Assembly: GCF_032062105.1 (NCBI RefSeq)
Contig: NW_026929349.1
Location: 62,001-126,000, forward strand
Reading direction: 5' to 3'
Source: Saccostrea cucullata
Lineage: Eukaryota
DNA length: 64,000 nt
Below the pieces are notes generated by a model. That model ran no database searches, was not told where the DNA came from, and saw only the letters and a list, made by a program, of their open reading frames with translations. Position 1 is the stretch's first letter. Each line of letters starts with the position of its first letter. The position numbers and the translations under genes were made by a program. This document shows positions 35,678 to 50,100 of the stretch, piece by piece.

Positions 35678-38600
35678 ATATAGTTCTTAGATTCTTTTAT
35701 TTGTTTTATTTATTTTACTGTTCTTAATTCAATATTTTGAAAACTCATATGGAGTTGCTTTTAGGATCTATATCTATATATATTACACAAGCCCATGTCG
35801 GGGAGTATTTGTAAGATTTTCTTCATTAATTACAAATTAATAACTGAAAATTCTATGTCATAAAAAGCACTGTGCTGAACGTTCTGTTCCATCAAAGCAA
35901 TACAAAACCATATAGACTGTCAAAGGAAGAAATGACACGTCATCCACTGTACTATTAAAAGCAGCAGCAGTTCTATACCAAATGTCACTTTGTTTTAGAC
36001 TGTAGCATCAACAATCCATCCATGTTTCAAAAGGAGTTTTGATTCTTTTCGATACAGTGGATATCTGCAATTCTGATCAACAACGCAACGATTAATGAAA
36101 AAGACATTGGGATTGGTTGGCATTGGTGACCTTGGCATGCTTAAACTTTTTATTGAAAATGCATTTCTACATGTCTATCCCGGAAAAAATTCTGTGATTG
36201 TCTGTGATATGTCAGATTTCTAAGACTGAACTCAGAAGGGTATTAGGATATTTTGTTTTATTTATAATTACTTTATGAAAATTTGATAGGAAAGTTGAAA
36301 CGAACATATGGAGATAACAAACATTATTCAAGATCAAAAGTCCATAAAACAATACAAAACAGGAGCAGAGAAAACAAGGACCTCCAGAACATCAGAGATT
36401 GCATCAGGTGTCATGGAGGAGAACATGAAACAAATTCAGCAGCCACATATATACATAGATTTTATATACATATAAGATATTTTACTAATCTTAAAAGTCA
36501 GATAATCAAATCAGTAAAATAACTTATTCCCATCCCCTTCCCTTATAAAAAAACACATTTCACAACACTATAGTGCAATTCTCTTGATGATCAGACAGCT
36601 TGTTTGCTAGCTGTAAATAAGATTGGATGTTTAACGCATTCTTCCCCCTTCCAATGCATCATCCCAGTCTCACCCACAAGGGGACGGACAAATACGACAG
36701 TATACCACCATTTACAACATAGTCCTCCTTGACATCTTTGCTTCTGATCTAATAATGCTCAGTCTTATTATTGAAGAAGTTAGCATAAAAATTCTAAAAA
36801 AAAAACTAAAAAAAAAAAAAAACTCCAATCATCAAAAAAAAAAAAAGAAAAAAAAAGAAAGGAAAAGGAAATAAGAAACAAAACTTCATCAACAATCCAA
36901 CGATGCTCAAGCATTGGAATCAATTACTGAAAAAAAATTGGCATTGCAATCCTTTCAAGAAACATAGTCCAACGACGTTCAAGCATTGAATTCCCACTAT
37001 TGAAAAAAATGGTACCCAAATCCTTCCCCCAAAAAACCCCTCATCAACATTATACTATGACAGAATCTACAGAAGGGATTAAAAGTGGAGAAGCGAAGAA
37101 AACAAAAAGAAATCAGATAGAGGGAAGTGTAAAGAGTTAGGGGAAGCAGCAATTCAAAGCTACAGTTAGCTGCTTAAGTGTCGACGTGATTGCGCCTAAT
37201 TTGATGCATACTGTATTCAGTCTGTTAACATCACTTCTTTTCAATGAAATCTTACACCTTCAGAATAAATAATAAATTAGAAGCCATCATCTTGCAAAAG
37301 GGTGTTAAACCAAATTTCTTTTAGGGCTGAATAATCGAAGGTTTACACTGTTAATCGTGATTCTTGGAATCAGGATAGAAGTTTTCATTATCAGGATCTC
37401 CGGAAAGCAGATCAGAAGTGTCCTTAAGGCCTAATCTAACGTTAGCTTCTGCTTCGGTGTAAGCATTCCTGGAATTCTTGCTGACAGACCGCTCATCCAA
37501 AAAAATTTAGTTTTAAACCTTGACAACTGAAAATTAACTTAAAATCCCAAACTGAATACTGGGTATTAAAGAATCTTAGTATATAGACATGTCACTATTG
37601 ATTGAAATCTTTTAAAATAGGATGTCATTTTTGCTTATCAATACTTATAATAGAATTCATTTTTGCCTAAAAATGAATTTTTTTTTTTAATTTTATATAA
37701 AAAATAAATTTTAAAAAACGAAGTAAAATCACATCAACTGTTGCATGAAACACATAACCAACGTTATTATTATGATATTACATTTCTGAACGCAATTTCC
37801 GTTCATCCACATGTCAATAGCAAGTTATTCCCAATACTTTTATCACAAAAACAATCAATGACGACTTGTATTAACCGAACAATCTCACTTCGAGTTGATT
37901 CTCATCAAAATGGTTTGACTTTTTTGTACTTAGGCGCCAGGATTCAATAGGAAGTGAAGTTCAAGGTTGTTCGATCCTCCACACGTGTCTCGGTTTATCC
38001 GTTATTTTGAAGTCCTTTTACAAACCTGTTTTATGTCACATATTTCATATTCATCAAATTCATTTCCTGTATCCTTAATGAAATATCTGACGTCATTCTG
38101 CTTCATTTCATCAGATTTCATCGTTTCCTTCAAAATACAGTTAATTAACATCCTAAGTTAGGTCATCTATTGTTTTGTCCCTGGCCCGGTTGAATAATTA
38201 AGCTTCCTTCTTTTACACAGTTGCATAAAAAGGCGAGATTCCAGCAATCCCTACCAAGTCCTTATGGATTTCCTTTGTTGTTATGTACATCTTTTTTCTT
38301 TTGCCGGTTTTTTATGACTACCCTTTGATTAGGTCTCAAATGAATTAAAATAAATAGATCTTAGTTTCTCGAAAGGTGGTAGAATCTCCAAACAACGGCA
38401 AAAATGCATAAAACATGGAGCAATTTATTTATGAAATCTATGAACAGATCTTAATGGGACAATATTTCACTCAAGCCTTAAAACAGTCCATTCTTTATAA
38501 TTGTTTAAATCGTGTTATTTTTTAAAAAATATCAGCTAATAATTGCAGCAAAACCACAAATACCCTTGATGAAGCTCGGAACTAGAGTCACCTTAGTACA

Positions 38601-38766
38601 TGTACAGGACTGCATTGATTATATGAAACCTTGCTTTCAAGTTCATTATCACTAAAAGAAGCTCATCATTTAGAAATCATCAAAGAAAACAAGTGTGGTC
38701 GAGTGGTCGACTTCCGAGAAACATGTGGTGATGCTAGATGAATACGAATAAATAAATTTCGAAATG

Positions 38767-38930
38767 AACACCTTAAGTGTGCAAGCTATCCATCGATAAA
38801 TCGATTGTTTTCTTTTATATTAATTGTGCAATTCATGTTTCATTTTTATAGAATAGAAACATGAATTGCACAATTAATATAAAAGGAAACAATCGATTTA
38901 TCGATGGATAGCTTTCACACTTAAGGTGTT
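38767..38930. repeat. Near-perfect 164-bp palindrome
   Basis: 75-bp arms (38767-38841, 38856-38930), 2 mismatches, 14-nt loop. Confidence 0.95.
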
Positions 38931-40347
38931 AATTTTAAAATCTTTTGAAACACTGACACAGACATTCATACATTGAAATGTCATGCCTGTGTAATAACAT
39001 TTTTGAGACATTTTTCAAAAGTTTATTTCTTTTTGGATTTTTGTTTGTCAGCAATGACAACAATAATCCCAACGAATTTCTATTTCCAATCTCATTCGGT
39101 ATTTCGATCATTCCTGTGATCATTGTTTTACATAAATCAAGCACAGAATAAAATTGAAAGAAAATAAGGTCTGGTTGTTTTCGATTGTATACTTTGTGCC
39201 TTGCAGTCGAAATCAAGTTTATTTCGAAGTTAATCCATTGACCTCAAATGACAAATACAAATCTTGTTCCGTATTTTCTTCTAAATTCCATTTTATATCA
39301 TAAATTGAAATTGATTTATTTCTTCTCAAGACACAGTGGTTAATGAAAAAAGCGGAAATAACAAGAATGAAAGAGATAATTGCATTAGCAGAGTTTTTCG
39401 TCTGAAGTCTAAAACATTAGCAAGAGGCCCTTGAACCACAAAAGCCTACCTGACTACCTGACCATGCATTCTATTCTACAAATAACCCAGTGACTATTCT
39501 TTTTCTTTTTCATATAAATTCCTATGTAAAACTTCAACTTGGAATCAGCCATTGAAATCCCATTCTCGTTTAAAGTCATCGTTTCGTAAGTTCTATGGTC
39601 GATACAATGACTTTGTCAGCAAATACAATTTATTATTGAGTCAAATGCTGACTGACGTTTTTCATGCTGATTGTTAGTGCATTATTTATATACGGAATTT
39701 TTCTGTTATTTCCCGATCATGACAAGGAGCACACGGCAGATGTGACCGGTCAGGGATGCTCACTCCTGCATGGCACCTGATCCCACCTCTGATGTTTTGG
39801 AGGTCATCGTTTGCTCTGCTCCTATTTTGTATTGTTTATGGATTTTTGATTTTGAAAACTGTTTGTGATCTCCATATGTTTCATTCTACCTCAGTGGGTG
39901 AATGAACTTGACTCTATACACTACCTAAGGTTACTAAGCAAAGCTTTCCTGATCTTGAAAAGAGGATATAAAAAGAAGTTTAATGTGCATTCCAATGTAA
40001 ATCTTTATTATCCTCTGTGACTTCACTATACACCCACGAGTCACAATTTTAACAAACTTCAATATACATTATCTTTGGGTGAATCCATGGAATAAGAATG
40101 AACATCATGGCTTTGCTGAACTTGTCAAAATGAAATCCTATGTTTTTGTACATGGAGATTTTTCTCATATAAATCTATGATTGCGCCTTATTGCCTGTGG
40201 ACATGGCTTTGATTTATATGCTTCCATATGAATTGATCAATCATGGTTTTGATGTTCTTGAAAAGAAGATAATCGGAGACTTTTCCAGTGTAAAACTTTC
40301 ATTGTCCATGATTGTACCATTCTCCTTCCTGGGGTCATTGTGAACAA

Positions 40348-40490
40348 NNNNNNNNNNNNNNNNNNNNNNNNNNNNNNNNNNNNNNNNNNNNNNNNNNNNN
40401 NNNNNNNNNNNNNNNNNNNNNNNNNNNNNNNNNNNNNNNNNNNNNNNNNNNNNNNNNNNNNNNNNNNNNNNNNNNNNNNNNNNNNNNNNN
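40348..40490. other. Assembly gap (143 N)
   Basis: Run of n; ORFs crossing it are artefacts. Confidence 1.
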
Positions 40491-42108
40491 ATTGCTTTGC
40501 TGTTCTCGAAAAGAATACTTTTGCTTTACAAAGAGCCATGTTAAACTTGATTCACCAACAGTAAATAAGTTATTCTTTTTTTCTTGATTAGTTTGTTTTA
40601 TGTGTTGGTGGTGGTGGGGAGAGTCCAGAAAAATTAGCACTCAAGTTTAAAGTTGTGTTTGGACGTTCAAAGGGGAAATCTGAGTTTTTAAAAACAATTT
40701 TACTAAATTTTTGCCCCCTGTTTCTATCGTCATATTGTTACATGTACCATCCTTTGAATGCGAATACAAAGAGCTACTTACATATAAGAAACATTGATCA
40801 ATCTAAAAACACACACACATGCAAAAAAAACCCCAAAATAAACCGCAAATAGTACGAATCTGTGAACAGTGTATCAGACACCGACGCTTGAAAAATTTAA
40901 AGGAGGGATCGGGTGACTTTGAGAAGTAAGCTTCCCTTGTCGACAGGTCTCATCAAATCACAAGGACAGATAGATACATGATAGAGACACACCGATAAGG
41001 AATAATTTTTGTGATGAGTCTTAATGAGGCAAATTAAAAAATATCTACTATTCTAATGTGGAAATACTGAAAAAAAAAATGAAGCATTTATCAATATACT
41101 ATAACATATGTCTTATCGTATGTTTTAAATCAAATTCCTTCATATAAAAGAAAAAAAATCAATTCTCACACAAATCCATTCTACTGACCAAGATTAATTT
41201 AGCTATAACGAAGTATATTCTTTGTGATTTCTCTCAATGCAATTTGCTAGGCAATAAGGAAGTCACGATTCGTGACATATCTGACAAAAAAAATTCATGA
41301 ATTTTCATTGAAACCTGGATAGAGATTCTCGTTAGTGAAAACATATAATTGTAAAAGGCGCGGTAGAATTACAATGACTTTCCAATCTGAAGGACACTAA
41401 CCTTTCTTGTCTTTATTAAATTAAGAAATTTTCTTAAGGGGGCCGACTTTGGTTTTCATTGCGCAATATTTCGCGCATCATAGTGAAATGAAGCGTACTT
41501 ACTGTTTTAAAGCAACTTTTTTTTGATTAATAAAAGAAATTGTCTTAAGGGGAACTAAAAGGTTTTAAAATGTTATTACAATATTTATATAATGATTTTT
41601 AAATTTGAATTTAACCTTTCCAAAATACTGTGATTTTAATATAAAATTAACATTATCTGTAAGGCCTACTGGTCTCAAATTTTTATTTTACCACGATAAT
41701 TACGAAAAACGCTGAAACGGCTCTAACGACGTCATTGCTTTTCGATATTTTAAGCAATGCACGACGCTGAAGAATGACACATGACTCGTTTATATGTTCG
41801 TAGACGTCCATGGAAATTAAACTAAAAACTGATGACAGAACATCAAAAGAAAGATACTAGCAATCTAAATAATGCTATTTTTTTTCACAAAAAAATTTCT
41901 GCGCTTATAATTCAACTGCACCGATATGTATTCATACCGCAATATGGAAATTTAAAGGTGCTTTGTGCATAAAAATTAACTTTGTAATATAATCCAATAG
42001 TTAATGGTAAACATTTTGAAATTTCACAATTTGGTGATTTTTTACAATAACGTTCATATACTTGACTGAAAAAAAAATCTCTAGGGCAAAAAATACAAAA
42101 AATATGGA

Positions 42109-43195
42109 AACAAGAGGCCCAGGGTCCACAGCGCTCACCTGAGCACATGTCTTACTTTTTCCTTCTAAATGTTCATGTACAGATTTTTTTTGAACAATTT
42201 AGAATCTACACTACCAAAACTGATTCCATTTTATAAATATCACTAATCATAGCTTTGAAGTACTTGAAAAGAAGATTTTAAAAGGTTTCCCTATATAACC
42301 TATGTAATAATTGTTTCAAATAAAAAATTAAATGACGTACATAATTCACTGAAGAACATAGCATTGCATTTGAAAAAAAAATCTCCAATAGTCTGGAATC
42401 GTTAACTGTTCACTATAATTATATACATGTTCTGGAGTAGATTTTTTTTAAAGCTAATTTTTCCTAATATATTCTATGTTTTGGTTTCGCCACTTTGGCC
42501 CTATATTTTTTCACTATTTCTATTTGAATAAATGTTTGCATCTACACTACCTGTCCTTCATTTTAACAAACTTGCATCTTTTTTCACATGCTGAGAAGAA
42601 GATTTTTTTTTTTCCTATATATTTATGTAAAACGAGGCCGAGTCCATTCGAGTGTGCATGACTTTGCACAGCTTTTTATTTTCATGCAACAAACTTGCGA
42701 TCTACACCTTTCCAAAATACTGTGATTTTGATATAAAATTAACATTATTTCTGGCCCACTGGTTCTGGAGAAAAGATTGTTAAAGATTTTTCCTATATAT
42801 TCCGAAAAACTTGAAACGGCCATTTTGGCCCCACTGTTTTTCGATATCATAAGCAATGAACAAACTTGAAGATCTACACTACCTTATATGTTCCACATGA
42901 GTTTCATCTTTCCTGGCTAAAAGCGGTTCTGGAGAAGAAGATTTTTTCAAAATGAAATTAATTTTTAACAAATTCATGATTTTTTTCACACAAAAAGGGC
43001 GTGGCCCTTAATTCAACAAACCGATATCCCCTTCACCCATACCTGTGCCAAGTTTGGAAATTTAAGAGGTATTGAGAAGAAGATGAAAAATGTGAAAACT
43101 TTGTAACAACAACAACGACGACGAGGACGACGACGACGAAACATTTTGAAATTTCACAATTTGGTGATTTTTTAGAAAAGCATATACTTGACTGA
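42109..43195 (-). mobile_element. Helentron-type element with internal satellite-like repeats; sequence looks chimeric
   Basis: AACAAGAGGCCC...GCTCACCTGAGC end, recurring GAATCTACACTACC and GAAGAAGATTTT units, (CAA)n(CGA)n microsatellite. Confidence 0.6.
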
Positions 43196-44139
43196 ACAAA
43201 AATCTCTAGGGCAGAAATACAAAAAATATGGTAAAAATGTGATAATTTTGGGCTATCCTAACAAATTCCCATAGGGTCTAGTAAAATTTAACAACTTTTA
43301 AGGTGGCCCCTTAAGAGATCGGGTGGTAAACATTCGATTTTTTAATCTGAAAACAATATATATAACAGTAAAAATTATTTAACGAAAAATTATCAAAATC
43401 CCTAAGGTAGAAATAATTAGACTCGGCCTCGTTAAATGGGTCCGCGAAAGAAGTCGTAGAAGTGAATACTTTCTGATATGACAAGACAAGTTTTGTTGTA
43501 ACAACATCTCTCATACGAAGCAGGAAGACAGACAGGGATGCAAAGTTTACATCCATGTAAGTGTAAATTTCAAATTTGTTCAAAATTTTCTGGGTACGGT
43601 TGAGCCACGATGAGCGATCAGAGTTTTACATAGGAAAACACAGGGGGAGGAGACATGAAAAACTTGAAAAACACCAAAGTCATAATTACCCGGTAGTTAT
43701 TATTCATTAGAAAGCATCCTGGTTAGCTAAATTTAAGTTTGCCCCCTCCCCATCCCCCATGTAAATTTTAATACTGAACTTATTTTTGCTTCTCCAAGCC
43801 AGTGTGCTCAGGTGAGCAATGTAGACTTTTATCCTATCGTTTTTCAGTTATGGGAGTAAAGTTCAGTGTAATAAAATTCTAATTCACACGACATGAAAGG
43901 AGGTTTAAATTCTTTTCGTTAATTAAGAACGACATTCTTATTTGACTTCTGTGAACGGTGTCGACAACGGTCTTAGACCTGTTTCAGTTATCGCTAAAAC
44001 AAAGAAATGATTTTTTTAAGCGGCGCCACAAACGAAGCATTAAACGGATGTATCAATTAAATGCCTGTGTATTCTTAAATCCAATGATTACTTCGATAAT
44101 ACTTGAAATGTCAGGATCTATAATCAAATACAAACCAAA

Positions 44140-47100
44140 GACGACGAAATTATTTTCAAACCTTGAATCTGGAATCGAAATGTTTTCAAAATAAAAATAT
44201 GCTTTTGTTCATGAGAAGTTTTTACTTATCAAAGTAAGGAGTATCAAAAAGTGCAATTTCAGTTTTGTATAAAATGAAATAAACGAATAAGAAATCCGTT
44301 AATAAGATATGATTCTACATTATTTTAAGTTCAATATAGTCTAAAAGTTGAAAGAAATTGTCCATGTGAAAAAATTGTTTAATCATTGGTGTAAGCCAGG
44401 TTATTAAATTTGTCTAGATCATAAAATTGGAGTAAAAATTATGAAGGTTGTAAAATAGTGTCAGGGGATTAGTTATTATATACTATTTGTTACATAACAG
44501 ATACATGTATCCACGACTTCATGCACGCTGAGATCAAAAATTTGTTTACTGTATCTACAATAATCGATTGAAAACACCTGGTACAGTTTCATATCAAGAT
44601 CCTCTATTTCTCCAATTTTTGATAAAGCTTCCAGCTTTCAGTACTTAAGAAAACTTTGACTGAGGCATACATGTATCATTGTTTTGCTTTACTGACACAA
44701 GGAAATAATTCATGTAAAGGGAAATAAAATGAAGCCAACTTTCTGTTGAATGTAAAAAGGTCAAAAGATAACGGAGAGAAATCGATTTTTAAAAAAATTG
44801 GAACCAATAATTATTTGTGAACAAAGCACAAAACGGGCCCCCGGAAATTCCAAAAGTGAGATCTGAGGCCTGTTCAACAAAGCCAACGTTCGCGAACACT
44901 CGCCAAAATTCCTTATACCTCCAATAGAATTTGCGAGCGCTCACTCTGTTGAACAGGCTTCTACAGGTGCCTAGGGGGCGTGAGTATCCTGTTTTCCGGT
45001 CACATTCACCGTGAGCCCCGTATATATTGATCAGAAAGACGGAACATTCCGTAATCAAATTAGGCTTAAAAACAAAGACCTAACAACTGCTAGGGCAGCA
45101 CATCAGCCAAAACACGGCGCTATTTATCAACAATGTTATTAAAACGACCATAGAATTTCTGAAATGTTGACTTTAAACGAGGATTTTGGAATCCCTGTAA
45201 TACCAACTGTCCGAAACAGGTGATAGTGGACAAAAATAAAGTCTACCATGGAAAAATTAATACATCTCATTTGCAACATATTTTACTCGTTAGTTGGCCC
45301 TTACGACATATACATAAAACTCGTTTAGAACGAACACAGATATTGCGAATTCACGGATATAGCGAAGTCATATTGGATTCCCAGCTATACAAATTTAATG
45401 AATTTCTTATACGTTTATAACAAATTACGGATATAAATAATTTCATAATGAATAGTTATAACCGATATATAAATCGATACATCTGAATGTCTTAAATTGC
45501 AAGTCCACTGGGATATATCGATTCAACGTATGGAAGTAATTGCAGTAACTGTAAACTTAAATAAATTCATAATGAATAGATAATATATAAATTGATAAAT
45601 CTGAATGTCGAGTTGATGAGCACAGCAAGTGTTTTTTTTTTCTCGTGTCATTTTTTTTTAAATTGTATTGTTTATATTGATATAATTAAGATAAATTCAA
45701 AAATTCTTTTTTATATCCGGAAAAAAGTCCTTAAATTTTATTTTATTAAAAATCAGACATGTTAGGAGTTTATCAACAATGATGAATTAATAACACATGC
45801 AGTCATTTACTAATGTATACAGCGTCCCTCTTTATTGAACGCTTTGTTAAGCTTTATGACTAGCTTTCATAAAGAGTTCTCGTGTAAGGCTTTCTGAGAT
45901 TTCCCAATAGGCAAGAGCTAGGAGAGGGTGTTTTAAATAGCCTCTTCATTACCCCATCGAAATGTTATAATCTTTTCGAAGCCTTGCATCATATGATTGG
46001 ATTTTAAAAGATTATGAATTTAGATATAAATGTACGGGTTTTTTTGTCGTCATTTTCAATATGTTAATCAAATGTTGGTTCCCCCAAAAAGAGAACTTTC
46101 TATCATGAATTAAAGACAAATTGATGTAATCGAGTTATTTATGTTTCAAACGAGAGAAAAGATTGCTACACGTATATACCAAAGTGTTTAATCATAATAT
46201 AGTGACATTAAGGAACTCTTCTAACTATAAATCATGCATTAGTAAATTGGAATCTCATAAAGTTATTAACTATAAACTTTATCAAAAACATCATCATTAT
46301 AACTCAAATCGAAATTATCCCAAAATAAAAATTTGCTTTTTTTCCGGAAAAGTTTTTACGAAGGAGTATTAAAAAGCGTAATTTCAGTTTTGTATAAAAT
46401 TAAACAAAATCGTTTAAACGAATAAGAAATTCTTTTGTAAAAAATTATTTTGCCTTGATTCAAAATCATTACAGTCTAAAAGATGGGGAAAAAAATCGTG
46501 GTGAAAAATTGTTTAATTATTGGTGTCAGCTAGGTTAATATATTTGTCTAAATCATGAATTTGGGGCAAAATTATGAAGATAAATTCAGTATGGTGGAAG
46601 GGGATTATTATTTTTTCGTTGCAATACATATATCCTCGACTTTATGCGCGCTGAGATCAAGAATTTGTTTACTATATCTACAAACAATGATCAATTGAAA
46701 ACTCCTGGTACAATTTCATATAAAGATCATTAATTTTTTCTTTTGGAGATCCGTGTTTGCTCTGCTACTATTTTGTATTGTTTTATGGACTTTGATATTG
46801 AATACTGTTCGTTATCTCCATATCCTTCATTTCTCCAATTATTGATAAAGCTTCTAGCTTTCACTAATAAGGAAAACTTTGGCTTAGGCATTGCATTGTT
46901 TTGCTTTGCTGACACAAGGAAATAATTCATATACAGGGAAATAAAGGAAGCCAACTTTCTGGTGAATGAAGATGGAGAAAACGGACAGTAGTCGATCTTA
47001 AAAAAAACTACAAACAATAAATATTTGAAAACAGAGCATAAAACATGGACCCTCGGAAATTCCCGTCGTGAGATCAGGTGCCTAGGAGGGTGAGCATCCT

Positions 47101-50100
47101 GTTTAACGGTCACATCCATCGTAGGCCCCATAATTATATATTGATCAGGAAGGCGGAACAATCCGTAATCAAATCAAGCATACATGTAGAAACAAAGACC
47201 TAACAACTGCTTTGCATCACGTCAGCCAAAACACAACGCTATTAATCAGCAGTCATTAAAACGACCAAAGAATTTACGAAATGTTGACTTTAAACGAGAA
47301 TTTTGGAAGCCCTGTAACATTAGCTTATCTACCCAAAGCAGGTGATATCGGACATAAATAAAGTCGATCATGGAAAAATTAAGTCATTTGCAATATATTT
47401 CAATCGCTAGTTGGCCTTAACGACCTATAGTGAAGTAAAACAAGATGTGTCACACTCTGTCTTTAAAAAAATGCAAGATTACTGGGATATATCAAATCTG
47501 CATATCTTAAAATCGTCTTGGAAGTAACTGTAATAATTAATTGATAAATAATTTCATAATGAAAAGTTCATACAGTATGTAAATAGATTCATCTGAATGT
47601 CAAGTTGAAGAGCACAGCACGTGTTTTCTTTTTCTCATGTAAAAGTTTGTATAAATATATATAAAGATATAAATCCTTTGCTTTAAAGAAGCATTATCGA
47701 AAAATAAACAATTTTTTTTCTATATACCAGGTATATTCAGAAAAAAGTCCTTATTCTCTGTTTTATTAAATTCTAAGACGTTTTAGGACTTCAACAACAA
47801 TAATGCATTTAATAAATCAATTATTTTGCTTCTAAATCCTTACAGCATCCCTATTTATTGAACACTTTTTAAAGCTTTATGGTTAGCTTTCATAAAGAGT
47901 TCTCGTGGAAGGCTTTCTGAGATTTCCCAATAGGCAAGAGCTAGGAGAAGGTGTTTTAAATAGCCTCTTCATTATCCTATGGAAAGCCTTACATTATAGT
48001 GTTGGAATAAGATTATTGAATTTAGCCTTACATTTTATGGTTGCATTCTAAAGATTAATATGAATTTAGATATAAATGTACGTTTCCTTGTCTTCATTTT
48101 CAATATGTTTCGGCAAAAGTTGGTTCATCCCAAAAAGAACTTTCTATCATGAATTAAAGACAAAATGATGTAATTGAATTATATTTATGTTTCAAACGAG
48201 AGAAACGATTGGTACATGTATATAGCAAAGTATTCAATCATAGTACAAGGAGCTCTTCTAACTATAAATCAAGCATTAGTAAAATTTGAGTCTGCCATTA
48301 ATTTATCAATAATAAACTTTATCAAATATTAACTGGAATCGAAGTTATTTCAAAATAAAAACATGCTTTTGTTCATGAAAAGTTTTTTTTTCGTAGGAGT
48401 ATTAAAAAGCGCAATTTTAGTTTTGTAAAAAATTAAATAAAATCGTTTAAACGAATAAGAAATTTGTAAGATTTTTTTTTTTTTTGCTTTGCTTTTCGTT
48501 CATTACTGTCTAAAAGATGGAAAACAATTTCCAGGTTAAAAATTTGTTTAATTTATGGTGTCAGGTTAATAAATATGTCTAAATCATGAATTTGGGGCAA
48601 AATTATGAAGGTATATTCAAAATGGTGTCAGGGGATTATTTTTTTTTCTCGTTACAATAAACTATTTGTTCTAAACAGATACTAGCATATGCGCGCTGAG
48701 ATCAAGTGTTTGTTTACTGTATCTACAAACAATGATCGAGTGAAAACGCCTGGACAATTTCATAGAAAGATCTTCTATTTCTCCAATTTTCAGGGTTCTA
48801 GCTTTCACTACTTAAGAAAACTTTGGCTTAGTCATTGCATTGTTTTGCTTTGCTGACACAAGGATTCATATACAGGGAAATAAAAAAAGCCAATTTTCTG
48901 GCGAATGTAAAAGTTGAAGATAACGGACAGTAGTCGATCTTAAAAAAAACTACAAACAATAAATATTTGTGGACAGAGCATAAAACACGGACCCTCGGAT
49001 ATTCCAGGAGTGAGATCAGGTGCCAAGGGGGCGTGCGCATCCTGCTTACCGGTCACATCCGCAATTAGCCGAGAATATATTGATCAGGAAGACGGGTCAC
49101 TCTGTAATCTAATTAAGCATAAAACAAGTAAATTTAAAGAATTGTGGTCCCCCTCTTTCGGTGTCTTTGTGGGTGAGATGTTATTTTTATGACATATTGT
49201 GCCTAATATGAACAGCCTATCATATGTCATTTATTTAGAAATTATCATTGAAAATGATTTTTTTTTAAATAAGGTAAATTGTCAAGGTCAAGGGGTAAGA
49301 GATCATAGAATGCTCGGAATTACCTTGTAACAGGTAATGCACATGTCATATATGAAAGCCCTATCTCTTCTTAATATAAGGAAGAAGATGTGTTTGTGAA
49401 ACACTGATGACCCCGAATGGCAACATAACGAAGATTAAAATTTTCTTAAATGCAAATTAAATATATTATTACCCAAAGTATGGTTTTTCTCACAAGAAAT
49501 ACGATTGTGAAATACAAAATCCCTGGCACCACCTGTTCAAAAGTCGAGGATAAGTTTTTGAAAGGTAGGTCAAACTCCAAGGTGAAAGGGTCTGAGTCGT
49601 TGGTTTCTTAAGAAAGGTCCTGTCACAAGTAATACATATGTGAAGGATGAAAACCTAATCCTAACCGTTCAAAAGTTATGGACAAGGTTAAAGTTTTTTA
49701 AAAGTAGGTCAACTCCAAAGTCAATTTCAAAGGGTTAAAGTTCTTGGTGTCCAAAGAAAGGTCTTCTCACAAGGATTACATATGTGAAGTATAAGAGCTC
49801 TGGCCCACACCATTCAAAAGTTGTAGTCAAGGTTAAAGGTTTTTTATAAGTACGTAAATCTCCAAGGTCAAGGTCAAAAGGTCAAAGTTGTTGGTATCCA
49901 ATGAATAGTCTTGCTACAAAAAATACATATGTGAAATATGAAAGTCAAAGTATCTACCGCTCAAAAGTTGTGTCCAAGGTTAAAGTTTTTAAAAAGTAGT
50001 TAAAACTCCAAGGTCAAGGTGAAAGGGTAAAAGCTCTTGGTATCCAATGAAAGGTCTTCTCACAAGGATTACAAATGTGAAGTACGAATCCCTAGCCCTT

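Larger units (their letters stand above)
27950..37175 (+). repeat. Intronic tandem triplication (copies about 27950-30798, 30799-32920, 32921-37175)
   Basis: TACAAGAGCACACCTGTCCTTA at 30799 and 32922; identical 40-mer at 29507, 32366 and 35910; collinear diverged flanks with copy-specific insertions. Confidence 0.85.

Noticed and set aside
38026-38127. Minus-strand phase-0 exon-like stretch (ETMKSDEMKQNDVRYFIKD...DIKQ, AAG|...|GTTTGT)
   Set aside because: Incompatible with the phase-2 opsin intron (immediate TGA), weak acceptor, no partner exons or homology.
40237-40640. ORFs spanning the N run
   Set aside because: Artefacts of the assembly gap.
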